From: an uncultured bacterium | GTDB taxonomy: Bacteria; Margulisbacteria; WOR-1; CAVSGV01 | DNA: 32,000 nucleotides | Direction: 5' to 3' | Assembly (NCBI GenBank): GCA_963699255.1 | Contig: OY969425.1 | Coordinates: 390,001 to 422,000 of the forward strand | Part shown: positions 8,727 to 16,831 of the stretch, piece by piece | How positions within the stretch are numbered: the first letter of the stretch is position 1 | Layout: each line of letters starts with the position of its first letter | Made by a program: the position numbers and the translations under genes | Notes under the pieces: model-generated | Told to the model about the DNA's origin: nothing | Databases searched by the model: none | The model's input: only the letters and a program-made list of their open reading frames with translations

Positions 8727-9040
8727 ATCGCCGATGGGGCAAGGAACTTGATGGTCGGATGCCCCTTGTCAAAGAAGAGGCCGTCAACCACCGAAAGATT
8801 GGCCATGCCGAGGGATTGATTAATGACAGCTGTTTTGGCAATAAGTTCCCAGTATTTGACCCCGTCATAAACCTCGGAAAAAGTCGCGTCTTTGAACACT
8901 ACATCCGCTTTTTGTTTGTCCTTTTTCAAGGTTTCCGAGATCTTATCTGAAAAGTTGTCTTTTGGGAGCAAAGCCCAGACAAAGAATCCGATCAGGACGA
9001 TGACAAATATAGCGGTTAAGATGTATTTGCGCCTATCCAT
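8654..9040 (-). CDS. LptC-like membrane-anchored protein (short or truncated)
   Basis: 128 aa. N-terminal TM anchor (ILTAIFVIVLIGFFVWALL) followed by LptC-like beta strands (ADVVFKDATFSEVYDGVKYWELIAKTAVI...). Shorter than typical LptC, which is about 190 aa. Confidence 0.6.
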   Translation of the reverse strand: MDRRKYILTAIFVIVLIGFFVWALLPKDNFSDKISETLKKDKQKADVVFKDATFSEVYDGVKYWELIAKTAVINQSLGMANLSVVDGLFFDKGHPTIKFLAPSAIWQINKNDILLNDPIGYDVKFENS

Positions 9041-9661
9041 TTAATATCCCAGCGCTCGAAGCCTTAATGCCTCAAGTGTTTCCTGCAGGCCCAGTCCTGA
9101 CTGTCCGTTTTTGTAATATGCCGATCCAAGGAGCAGATGTATCGCGGCCACGTTCGAATCGATGTCCAGAGCTTTTTTTGCGTACTCAATGGCTTTGTCG
9201 ACCTCGTTCATCTCACCGTATATCGTCGCGATATATCCGTATGCAAATACGTTTTTCGGCTGCATTTTTATGATCTTTTTGAATTCAATGATGGCTTCGT
9301 TCCTTTTATTGTTAAAATATAATGCAAATGCGTACCTGAACCTTACTTTCCAGTCATTTGGGAAGAGCCTTGCTTTTTTCGAATAGATTTTTAGCGCTTT
9401 CGGGGCGAAAGTCTTGTCCATCTCGTCGACTTTCTTCAGTTCGTTCAGCCCATCCTCGATCATGTTGGAATAAGCGTAGGTTATCGCGAGCTCGAAGTGA
9501 AATTGGGGGTCGTTCGGATGGACTTTTACCAGCCACTGTTTGTCGCTGATCTCGTCCTTTAGTTCTTTTGTTCGTTCAAAAGAATAAGCGGAATATTTGG
9601 CTGTGACAAACAAAGCTACCAACAATATGAATAAAATTATCGATCTTTTGATTAGGCGCAT
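9041..9661 (-). CDS. Membrane-anchored tetratricopeptide-repeat (TPR) protein
   Basis: TPR-like helical repeats (AYGYIATIYGEMNEVDKAIEYAKKALDIDSNVAAIHLLLGSAYYKNG). The ORF track extends to a GTG at 9784. I prefer the ATG at 9661 (MRLIKRSIILFILLVALFV, a TM anchor), because 9689-9755 holds a hairpin repeat pair that also occurs in a clearly non-coding gap at 26246-26332. Confidence 0.7.
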   Translation of the reverse strand: MRLIKRSIILFILLVALFVTAKYSAYSFERTKELKDEISDKQWLVKVHPNDPQFHFELAITYAYSNMIEDGLNELKKVDEMDKTFAPKALKIYSKKARLFPNDWKVRFRYAFALYFNNKRNEAIIEFKKIIKMQPKNVFAYGYIATIYGEMNEVDKAIEYAKKALDIDSNVAAIHLLLGSAYYKNGQSGLGLQETLEALRLRALGY

Positions 9662-9688
9662 TATTTGGCTCACTTTGAAGTCGGGCTC

Positions 9689-9755
9689 GGAACCTGCGAA
9701 TGAACTTCGCGGGTCCTTGCACTGGAAACCGCGACGTTTAGTCGCAGGTTTCCAG
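9689..9755. repeat. Inverted pair of bulged hairpin repeat units (REP/BIME-like), copies A and B
   Basis: Copy A, + strand, 9689-9716: GGAACC-T-GCGAA-tgaac-TTCGC-GGGTCC. Copy B, read on the - strand, 9755-9722: CTGGAAACC-T-GCGAC-taaac-GTCGC-GGTTTCCAG. Same architecture as the pair at 26246-26332. Confidence 0.7.
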
Positions 9756-9780
9756 ATTACCGACCGTTTTTGTAATTTTA

Positions 9781-10635
9781 TCACAAACCCTCCGTTTTAA
9801 ATACGATCTGTTGCTTGATTATTATTTTCATTATATCAATGTATGCGTTCAGCTTCTCTTTGTTGAACGATGAAAAAACGATCATTCCCAGAGTGAAAAG
9901 CAGAAGCAAAGCTCTGTAAAGGGAATATATCACGGGGCCGTAATGCTTCCGGCAATAGTATAATCCGCCCCTGAAGCCTTCAACGAGCAGTTTCTTCCCC
10001 GGGGATTTTTTGCTGCTGAAGCCGCCGTAATGGACTACTTCAGCGAGAGGGTAATAAACCACCTTGATGGAGGCTCCATGTGCTCTTTTGCAGAGATCAA
10101 GGTCGTCGTTATAGAAGAAAAGGTTTTCATCCAGAAGGCCGATCTTGTTAAGGATGGATGTCCTTATGAACATGCAGGCACCTAATACAAAACTCACTTC
10201 TACGGGGACTTTTGAACGCCATTTGCGGGCGGATAATATGCTTCCCTGCCGCTGTATCGAGCCGTCCACGTTCAGAAGTCTTGGTCCGCATATTCCCGTG
10301 TCGGTTTCATTGTCCATGTACGCCGTCATTTTCCCGAACGCGTCATCTTTTATGTATGTGTCATCGTTTAATAGAACTGAATATCTTCCCCTGGCGATCT
10401 TCAGCCCCTTGTTATTGGCCCCCGAAAAACCAAGATTGCTTTTATTTTCGATCAGCGTAACGTCGGGGGCTTTTGATCTGATAAGGGCTTGAGTCCCGTC
10501 GCTTGAATTGTTGTCCACGACTATGATCTCGTATGAGATGGTTTTTGTGAATTTCTTGATCGAATTAATGCATTCTTCAAGGATATTGTTATTGTTCAGC
10601 GTGATAATAATTATGGAAAGGTCCATATTAATCAA
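9781..10635 (-). CDS. Glycosyltransferase family 2
   Basis: 284 aa. LSIIIITLNN...IIVVDNNSSDGT...LLNDDTYI (DxD). C-terminal TM helix. Confidence 0.88.
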   Translation of the reverse strand: MINMDLSIIIITLNNNNILEECINSIKKFTKTISYEIIVVDNNSSDGTQALIRSKAPDVTLIENKSNLGFSGANNKGLKIARGRYSVLLNDDTYIKDDAFGKMTAYMDNETDTGICGPRLLNVDGSIQRQGSILSARKWRSKVPVEVSFVLGACMFIRTSILNKIGLLDENLFFYNDDLDLCKRAHGASIKVVYYPLAEVVHYGGFSSKKSPGKKLLVEGFRGGLYYCRKHYGPVIYSLYRALLLLFTLGMIVFSSFNKEKLNAYIDIMKIIIKQQIVFKTEGL

Positions 10636-11311
10636 CGAATCTGTATTTGATTATGCTCCACAGCGCTGTTATCCCGTCCCTCCATGTGATTTTTTTCCCC
10701 TCGGTCCATTGGCGACCCTGATAGGAGATGGGTATCTCGATTATCCTCTTCCCGCTTTTGAGCAGCTTTGCGGTAATCTCGGGCTCAAAATCGAAACGGT
10801 TCGCTCTAAGCTTCATGGCTTTGAATATCGGCGCTTTGACCATTTTATAGCAGGTTTCCATGTCGGTCAGCTTTGTTCCGTAAAGTATGTTCGTGGCTAT
10901 AGTGAGCATTTTATTCCCTACCAGGTGCGCGAATGACATCTTTTCTGTTTTTCCGGCGAACCTTGATCCGTAAACGACGTCGGCGGCCCCTGACCTGATG
11001 GGCTCGATAAGCTTCAGGTATTCGTTGGGGTCGTATTCAAGGTCCGCATCCTGGATTATTACAACATCGCCGGTCACATATTGAAGGCCTGTGCGTATGG
11101 CCGCCCCCTTGCCTTTGTTAACGTCATGGAAAATGGTCACGACTCCGCTTTTATTGATGTTTTTCAGGATCTCGCGCGATCCATCCTTGGAACAGTCGTC
11201 CACAAGGATGACTTCTTTCTCAAGGGGAACGGCAAGGACTTTTTCAAGTATCTGCTCGATGGTGTTCTTTTCGTTATAAACGGGTATTATTACCGATAGT
11301 TTCATGATCAA
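10628..11311 (-). CDS. GT2 polyprenyl-phosphate sugar synthase-like (DPM1/Ppm1/ArnC-type), soluble form
   Basis: 227 aa. LSVIIPVYNEKNTIEQIL...ILVDDCSKDGSREIL...IIQDADLEYDP. No C-terminal TM helices. 4-nt overlap with the downstream GT-C gene. Confidence 0.75.
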   Translation of the reverse strand: MIMKLSVIIPVYNEKNTIEQILEKVLAVPLEKEVILVDDCSKDGSREILKNINKSGVVTIFHDVNKGKGAAIRTGLQYVTGDVVIIQDADLEYDPNEYLKLIEPIRSGAADVVYGSRFAGKTEKMSFAHLVGNKMLTIATNILYGTKLTDMETCYKMVKAPIFKAMKLRANRFDFEPEITAKLLKSGKRIIEIPISYQGRQWTEGKKITWRDGITALWSIIKYRFVD

Positions 11312-12918
11312 TTAGAGAACAGGGAGTAATTGGCGCTTTTGTCCAATACTTTGATCTTTCCTTTCAATGACGATTGGAGCTCCTTTACTGCGGCCTCATT
11401 TTCCGAGATGCAATATACCTTGTTCTTTGAGAGCAGCAATCGTTCAATTTCCTTTTCTTTTCTGGTGAAGATCACGTTATTTTTAGCGTAGTATATCATA
11501 AAATGTGCGTCCGTTCCTTTATATTGGCATACGATGTCGGAGGGTCTGGCGACCGCGTTGATCTTGCCGCAGAAGGCTCTTATCGGATTGATCCTGGGGT
11601 AATAAACGGACATGCTGAGTATCAGGGCCAGGTATGCCAGAATGGATATCGCGGCAAATGAGAGGATCGAAGCGGCCGGCTTCTTCAATGCTCCGAGAAC
11701 AGATCCCACAAGCAGGCATAAACACATAAAGACCAAAAAAGGAAGAAGCAGGGGAAGGTAATACGGACCTATTTTTGAATTGTTGGCATAGAGCAGGACC
11801 GACGATATCAGCAGCACTGGCAGGATGGCGATGAGAGTGAACCAGGAAGACCATTTATGCAGTCGTGCAGCTTCCTTGTCCCGGACGGCATCCGCCAGCA
11901 TCCTTCCCACGATGATCGACAGGGCAGGGAAGGCGGGTAGGATGTACCTTGAGATCTTGTAGTTAAGCGACAGGGAGAAGAACAATATGATCGATAACGC
12001 GAATATCACGGGAAGAAGGTTCGATCTTCTTTTTATGTTGTAATATACCGCCGGATAAACGAACGCCGACCACGGTATCGCGAGAATAAGCAGCTGCAGG
12101 AAATAGGAGTAAAAATCATATTGGGGCTTGATGGCTTTATATTTATCGACTTCATTTCCGATAGTGTCGACGGGCTTTAAATACCTTCCAAAATTATGTC
12201 CGATGAATATGTCCGTGAACCGTTGACCCAAGATCCTGTATTCGATAATAAACCAGGGAAGAGTCATAAGCAGGAAAAGCGCAGCCGCGGATATTATGTG
12301 GATTATTCCGGGGAGTTTTGCCCTTTTGATGATCCAATATACGAACAGCGCTAACCCCGGCAGAACAAGCCCTACCGGGCCTTTTGTCATGACAGCAAGG
12401 GCTACAAAGACCGGGATGAAATAAAAATAAATAAGTTTTCCTCTTTTCTCGAAAAGTAAAAATGCGTAAACGGACAGAAGGACGAACAGCGTAAGGGGGA
12501 TATCCTGAAGGGGCGACCTCGCCTGATAAAAGAACTGCGCGGACGTCGCAAGAACTAAAGAGGATATGAATGCGGTCTGGGCATCAAATAACTCTTTTGC
12601 AAGCTTATAAGTGAATATCACGATAAGGAGCGCGCAAATGCTGTGCCAGAAACTAGCCGCGAAGTCGTTAAAGCCGAAGACCTTGAACGATGCCGCCGTC
12701 ATCCACATCACGAGCGGTGGTTTATCGATGATCGAGGACGCGTCACCGTAATGCATCGTGAGCCAGTCGCCGCTATCGACGATATTCTTGGCTATCTTCG
12801 CGTAAAAAGCTGAATCACCATCGGTCAGGGGGATAACGTGAATATTCCAGAAAAATAGGACGAATGTAACGAGAGCAAGGATGATCAAATAATATTTTTC
12901 ATTTTTCAAGATATTCAT
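11308..12918 (-). CDS. GT-C fold glycosyltransferase, ArnT/PMT_2 (GT39/GT83)-like
   Basis: 536 aa and polytopic. First-loop motif 'PLTDGDSAFYAKIAKNIVDSGDWLTMHY...DKPPLVMWM' parallels the ArnT/PMT 'DExxY...GDW...KPP' region. A later 'MTKGP' motif is present, and the C-terminal domain is soluble. Confidence 0.8.
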   Translation of the reverse strand: MNILKNEKYYLIILALVTFVLFFWNIHVIPLTDGDSAFYAKIAKNIVDSGDWLTMHYGDASSIIDKPPLVMWMTAASFKVFGFNDFAASFWHSICALLIVIFTYKLAKELFDAQTAFISSLVLATSAQFFYQARSPLQDIPLTLFVLLSVYAFLLFEKRGKLIYFYFIPVFVALAVMTKGPVGLVLPGLALFVYWIIKRAKLPGIIHIISAAALFLLMTLPWFIIEYRILGQRFTDIFIGHNFGRYLKPVDTIGNEVDKYKAIKPQYDFYSYFLQLLILAIPWSAFVYPAVYYNIKRRSNLLPVIFALSIILFFSLSLNYKISRYILPAFPALSIIVGRMLADAVRDKEAARLHKWSSWFTLIAILPVLLISSVLLYANNSKIGPYYLPLLLPFLVFMCLCLLVGSVLGALKKPAASILSFAAISILAYLALILSMSVYYPRINPIRAFCGKINAVARPSDIVCQYKGTDAHFMIYYAKNNVIFTRKEKEIERLLLSKNKVYCISENEAAVKELQSSLKGKIKVLDKSANYSLFSN

Positions 12919-14854
12919 CTATTATCTCCTCGATCTCTTTGACCTGGATACCGATATCAAAGTGCTTTTCTGCTCGTTTTCGTCCGGCTGCTGCCAGAGA
13001 ATCAGCAAGAGGTTTGTTCGTTAACAGCTTTATGGCCGCATCAGCCAGGCTTTTTTCGTCCCCGGGAGGCACGAGCAGTCCCGTTCTTCCGTCTTCGATG
13101 ATCTCGGGGATCCCGCCGACGTTCGTAGCTATCACCGGCTTGCCGCAGCCCATTGCCTCGATTATGATCCTGCCGAACGGTTCTGAGAGTGAGGGCGCGA
13201 CCAGGAGATCTCCAGCGGCCATTACGTCATAGACATCCGGCCTCGTGCCCATAAAGATGATATTCCCGCCCTTTGCCATGGATCTTAGCTTATTGAGATA
13301 GTTTTTCTGTCCCGGAAGAGGCTTTCCTATGATAAGCAATTTGGCCTCCGGCACGGACGATCTGATCGCGGGGAAGGCTTTAATAAGGTGCCTGATGCCT
13401 TTTCTTTCTTCAAGAGAGCCCACAAATACGATTATTTTGCCTTTCAGGTCGAATTCCAGCCTTATCCTGTCTGGGTCCAGTCTTTGAAAATCAGAGAGAT
13501 CTATCGCATTGTGAACGACCGCCGCTTTTTCCGATCTAATAAAGCTTTTCATCCAGTTTGATATCAAGATAATCTTATCCGACCAGAGCCTGATCTTTGA
13601 TCTTATAACAAGATTGTTCAAGCCTCGCAGGTCTTCCCTTATGTGGGATATTACCGGGATGCCGAGAAGCCTGGCCGATTTTGCAGCCCAGATAGTGGCT
13701 GAGGTGTTCAGATAGAGCAGATCGATCTGCCTTTCTTTCAATATTCTGTATATTTTGTAAGAAGGGAATATCTTGTGGAATAAATTGTCCATATAGACCT
13801 GATAGGGAATATTTGAAGCGTCGAGTTTTGCCCTGATCGGCCCCGGATCCGAAAGAGCGACAATGGGATGATATTTTTCCCTATTCAGGTTTTTGACCAG
13901 AAGAGTGAGGCTGATAGGAGCTCCGGAAAGAGCGGAAATGTGTGAGACGAACAAAATGCTTTGTTTGTTGCCTTTGAACCTGCTGTGCATTTTAGAGAAA
14001 TGTTTGTCTTTGTATTTCTCGAAACCTTCTTTTATGCCCGTTGAAAAGTTATAGAACATCAAAAGTTCCTTTGGGAGACGTTTTTCAAAAACGGACAATA
14101 CTTTTTGGATCAATATTGTCAGCAAGTGGGCGCTTAGATTTATCTTAACTAAAAGGGAGGGATGCTTTTTGTAAAAAAGGACCGAAGACCTGCCGACCTG
14201 CCTTCTCCTGAAGCACCTTTCCTCATAGGTCCATCCGACACCGAATATGTAGCCGACGGCGTTGGGATCCACCTTGAACCTGCATCCCGATTCCTTAAGC
14301 CTCCAGCCCATCTCCGCATCCTGCAGGCCGTATTCCCTGAAATCCTCGTCAAAGCCGAACACGGACATTAAAGCGCGTTTTTTTATCGAAATGTTGTTGG
14401 TTATGAATATCCTGAAGGGCTGCTGTTCATATCCCGGGGCTTTGATCTGGCCTTCATCAATATATTCCGTTTCCTTCGGCGCGTCCTTAGCCTGTTCAAC
14501 GAATTCCACACGACCTCTTACGACTTCTACGCCGTATTTGCCGTGATATTTTATGTGCTCTTCAATGAGCCGCCTGTCCACAACTATGTGGTCATCGATG
14601 AAAAGGATTATCTCGCCGGCTGCATGTTCAAGGCCCATGTTCCTCGCCGCGGACCTGCCGGAGTTTTTCTGCCACACATGTTTGATAGGGTAGGAGAGTT
14701 TTAGCGCTTTAACCGCTTGTTTAGTGCCGTCAGAGCCGCCGTCATCCGCGACTATAACTTCGAAATCCTTGAAAGTCTGGTCATTTAAGGAGAGAAGCGT
14801 CGTTCTGAGGGTCTCTTTCCTGTTATATGTTGGTATTATTACGCTTAGTTTCAT
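12899..14854 (-). CDS. Bifunctional glycosyltransferase: N-terminal GT2 fused to C-terminal GT4
   Basis: 651 aa. N-terminus: LSVIIPTYNRKETL...VIVADDGGSDGT...FIDDHIVV. C-terminus: PSLSEPFGRIIIEAMGCGKPVIATNVGGIPEIIEDGRTGLLV (GT4 E-x7-E region). Confidence 0.85.
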   Translation of the reverse strand: MKLSVIIPTYNRKETLRTTLLSLNDQTFKDFEVIVADDGGSDGTKQAVKALKLSYPIKHVWQKNSGRSAARNMGLEHAAGEIILFIDDHIVVDRRLIEEHIKYHGKYGVEVVRGRVEFVEQAKDAPKETEYIDEGQIKAPGYEQQPFRIFITNNISIKKRALMSVFGFDEDFREYGLQDAEMGWRLKESGCRFKVDPNAVGYIFGVGWTYEERCFRRRQVGRSSVLFYKKHPSLLVKINLSAHLLTILIQKVLSVFEKRLPKELLMFYNFSTGIKEGFEKYKDKHFSKMHSRFKGNKQSILFVSHISALSGAPISLTLLVKNLNREKYHPIVALSDPGPIRAKLDASNIPYQVYMDNLFHKIFPSYKIYRILKERQIDLLYLNTSATIWAAKSARLLGIPVISHIREDLRGLNNLVIRSKIRLWSDKIILISNWMKSFIRSEKAAVVHNAIDLSDFQRLDPDRIRLEFDLKGKIIVFVGSLEERKGIRHLIKAFPAIRSSVPEAKLLIIGKPLPGQKNYLNKLRSMAKGGNIIFMGTRPDVYDVMAAGDLLVAPSLSEPFGRIIIEAMGCGKPVIATNVGGIPEIIEDGRTGLLVPPGDEKSLADAAIKLLTNKPLADSLAAAGRKRAEKHFDIGIQVKEIEEIIDEYLEK

Positions 14855-14856
14855 GA

Positions 14857-15756
14857 TTATCCTATTATATGAAGCACGGATTTGACGACCGCGGCGAACA
14901 ATAGTGCTGTCACTCCAAGGGCCAGAACGACCTGAAGGATATCAAGACCCCACAGCGCAAAAACGCTCAACACGCCTTTGTGTTTTTTGAAAAAGTAATT
15001 CCTGCTTTTTCTCCATGTGACCATACCTTTTAATATCTGCGGAATGCTCTTCCATTGTTTAAAACTCTGGCTCAGGTGATGCTTTATCCGGGCTTCCGGC
15101 GTGAAGAATATTTTCCATCCCGCTTTTTTAATTCTATATAAAAGGTCCACCTCATCGAACCAGATGAAGATGTTCTGATCGAACAGCCCTACAGCATCCA
15201 GTACCTCTTTTTTTATCATAAGGGCCGATCCCATGGGCTGGTCAACCTCTCTTGTCTCGTTGAAATCCCACCATGTCATGAAGTATTTCCCGAACAACCT
15301 GCTTTTGGGGAACAGTGAATCGAGGAACAGCGCGCTGTACAGCATTAGCTCAAGGTTCGGAAATGTTCTGCATGACCTCTGGAGGATTCCGTCGGTATTC
15401 AAAAGCTTACAGCCCAGCGCCCCGCAATCGCGCCTGCTTTCCATGAACCGCAACATTGTATTTAACGCGTTGTCCAGGATCTCGGTATCCGGGTTTAAAA
15501 GCATTATATATCGTCCCTGTGCGACATTTATTGCCTGATTGTTCGCTATGGTGAACCCTGCATTGGTCTTGTTCTCGATGAGCACAACTTGAGGGAAATC
15601 TTTTTTTACCATCCGGACGCTCTCATCGGACGATCTGTTGTCTACAACGATCACTTCGAACGAAATGTCTTTTGTGTTCATATATATTGATCCGAGGCAT
15701 GCCTTCAGAAGATCTTTGACGTTCCAGTTAACTATGCAGATTGACAGGTCAATCAT
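14857..15756 (-). CDS. Glycosyltransferase family 2
   Basis: 299 aa. LSICIVNWNVKDLL...VIVVDNRSSDES...LLNPDTEI. C-terminal TM helix. Confidence 0.88.
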   Translation of the reverse strand: MIDLSICIVNWNVKDLLKACLGSIYMNTKDISFEVIVVDNRSSDESVRMVKKDFPQVVLIENKTNAGFTIANNQAINVAQGRYIMLLNPDTEILDNALNTMLRFMESRRDCGALGCKLLNTDGILQRSCRTFPNLELMLYSALFLDSLFPKSRLFGKYFMTWWDFNETREVDQPMGSALMIKKEVLDAVGLFDQNIFIWFDEVDLLYRIKKAGWKIFFTPEARIKHHLSQSFKQWKSIPQILKGMVTWRKSRNYFFKKHKGVLSVFALWGLDILQVVLALGVTALLFAAVVKSVLHIIG

Positions 15757-16831
15757 TGGCGGCCTGCTTTATGGCTGAGACGAACTTTTCTACCGCTGTC
15801 TCGAGCGAGTAAAACTCCATCGCGTTCTTCCTGGCTGACCTTCCCATTTCCACTCTCATATCTTTGTTCTCGATGAGCTTTGAAAGCTTATCCTCCCAAT
15901 CCTTGTTGGTTTTCGCTAGATATCCGCATTTCTCATCCTTCAGAAGAGTAGTGTTTATTCCCACGGGGCTAGCCACGGAGGGTATGCCCAGAGCCATGTA
16001 CTGGAGCAGCTTGTAGCTTCCCTTGCCGCGGGACCATTCGTCGTCGGTAAGAGGCATTATACCGATATCGAACGAGGCAAGCTCATCGAGTTCAGTTTTC
16101 AGGCTCCATTCGACCAGCTTTATCTTTGGCTGGGAAGATACAAAACCCCTCGTGCCTATCAGCTTAACCTCCGCGTTCGGATATTTCTCGCATATCTTCT
16201 CGAGAGCATCTTTTATTTCAAAAAGATAATAGGTATTGCTGTGGCTCCCGATCCATCCTACCGTTACGGCCTTGCGGCCCTCCTTTGAAGAGGGACGGTA
16301 GCGGTTCGTATCGATAGGCCCAAGGATGGTCGTTACGTTACTGCAGTTCTCTTTTGCCACAGCTTCGGTGGAGGGGAGTTCAACTATCATGTGCCTTGCG
16401 GTTTTCATGTATTCTATCGCGGCGTTCACGCGCACCGTTTGTTTGACTTTGGCCAGCTCAGCCGAATGCAGCGTGTATATCGCGTCATCGATGTCGTAGA
16501 CATATTTGATCTTGAGGGCCCTTAATAAATAAAGCAGCCTCATCAGCGTGATCTTTTGCGCGAAAACCACGTCATATCTTTTTATGTTAAGCAGCGACCA
16601 TATTATTTTTGATGTCATGACGAAGTAATTGACCAGCTCGCTCATTATGAAGTCATAAATTTTCAGGATAGGATTATTATTGTCTTTGAACCGGGGCCTT
16701 ATTGCCTTGCCGTTCCATGCAACGATGTCATATTCGATACCGTGCTGTTCGAGGTAGGGCAGGAACTGGTAGACTCTGGTCCTGCTGCTTGCGCGGGTTT
16801 CGTCGTCGACTGGTAAAAATAGGACTTTCAT
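15749..16831 (-). CDS. Glycosyltransferase, GT-B fold (GT4/group 1-like)
   Basis: 360 aa. N-terminus MKVLFLPVDDETRASSRTRVYQFLPYL. C-terminal half with KGSYKLLQYMALGIPSVASPVG, resembling the GT4 donor-binding region. Confidence 0.75.
   Translation of the reverse strand: MKVLFLPVDDETRASSRTRVYQFLPYLEQHGIEYDIVAWNGKAIRPRFKDNNNPILKIYDFIMSELVNYFVMTSKIIWSLLNIKRYDVVFAQKITLMRLLYLLRALKIKYVYDIDDAIYTLHSAELAKVKQTVRVNAAIEYMKTARHMIVELPSTEAVAKENCSNVTTILGPIDTNRYRPSSKEGRKAVTVGWIGSHSNTYYLFEIKDALEKICEKYPNAEVKLIGTRGFVSSQPKIKLVEWSLKTELDELASFDIGIMPLTDDEWSRGKGSYKLLQYMALGIPSVASPVGINTTLLKDEKCGYLAKTNKDWEDKLSKLIENKDMRVEMGRSARKNAMEFYSLETAVEKFVSAIKQAAND

Noticed and set aside
9689-9755. The hairpin pairs (here and at 26246-26332) read as Rho-independent terminators.
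   Set aside because: None of the four stems is followed by a proper U-tract on either strand. The best case is TTTCTTAT after copy D on the - strand. Locus 2 is not downstream of any gene end. Terminator activity is not excluded, but it is not the simplest explanation.
9662-9784. The N-terminal 41-codon extension of the TPR ORF (GTG at 9784, a GTGA overlap with the GT2 stop).
   Set aside because: The extension is made of the two hairpin repeat units that also occur in clearly non-coding DNA at 26246-26332. The ATG at 9661 also starts directly at a plausible TM anchor. A GTG-coupled start cannot be fully excluded.
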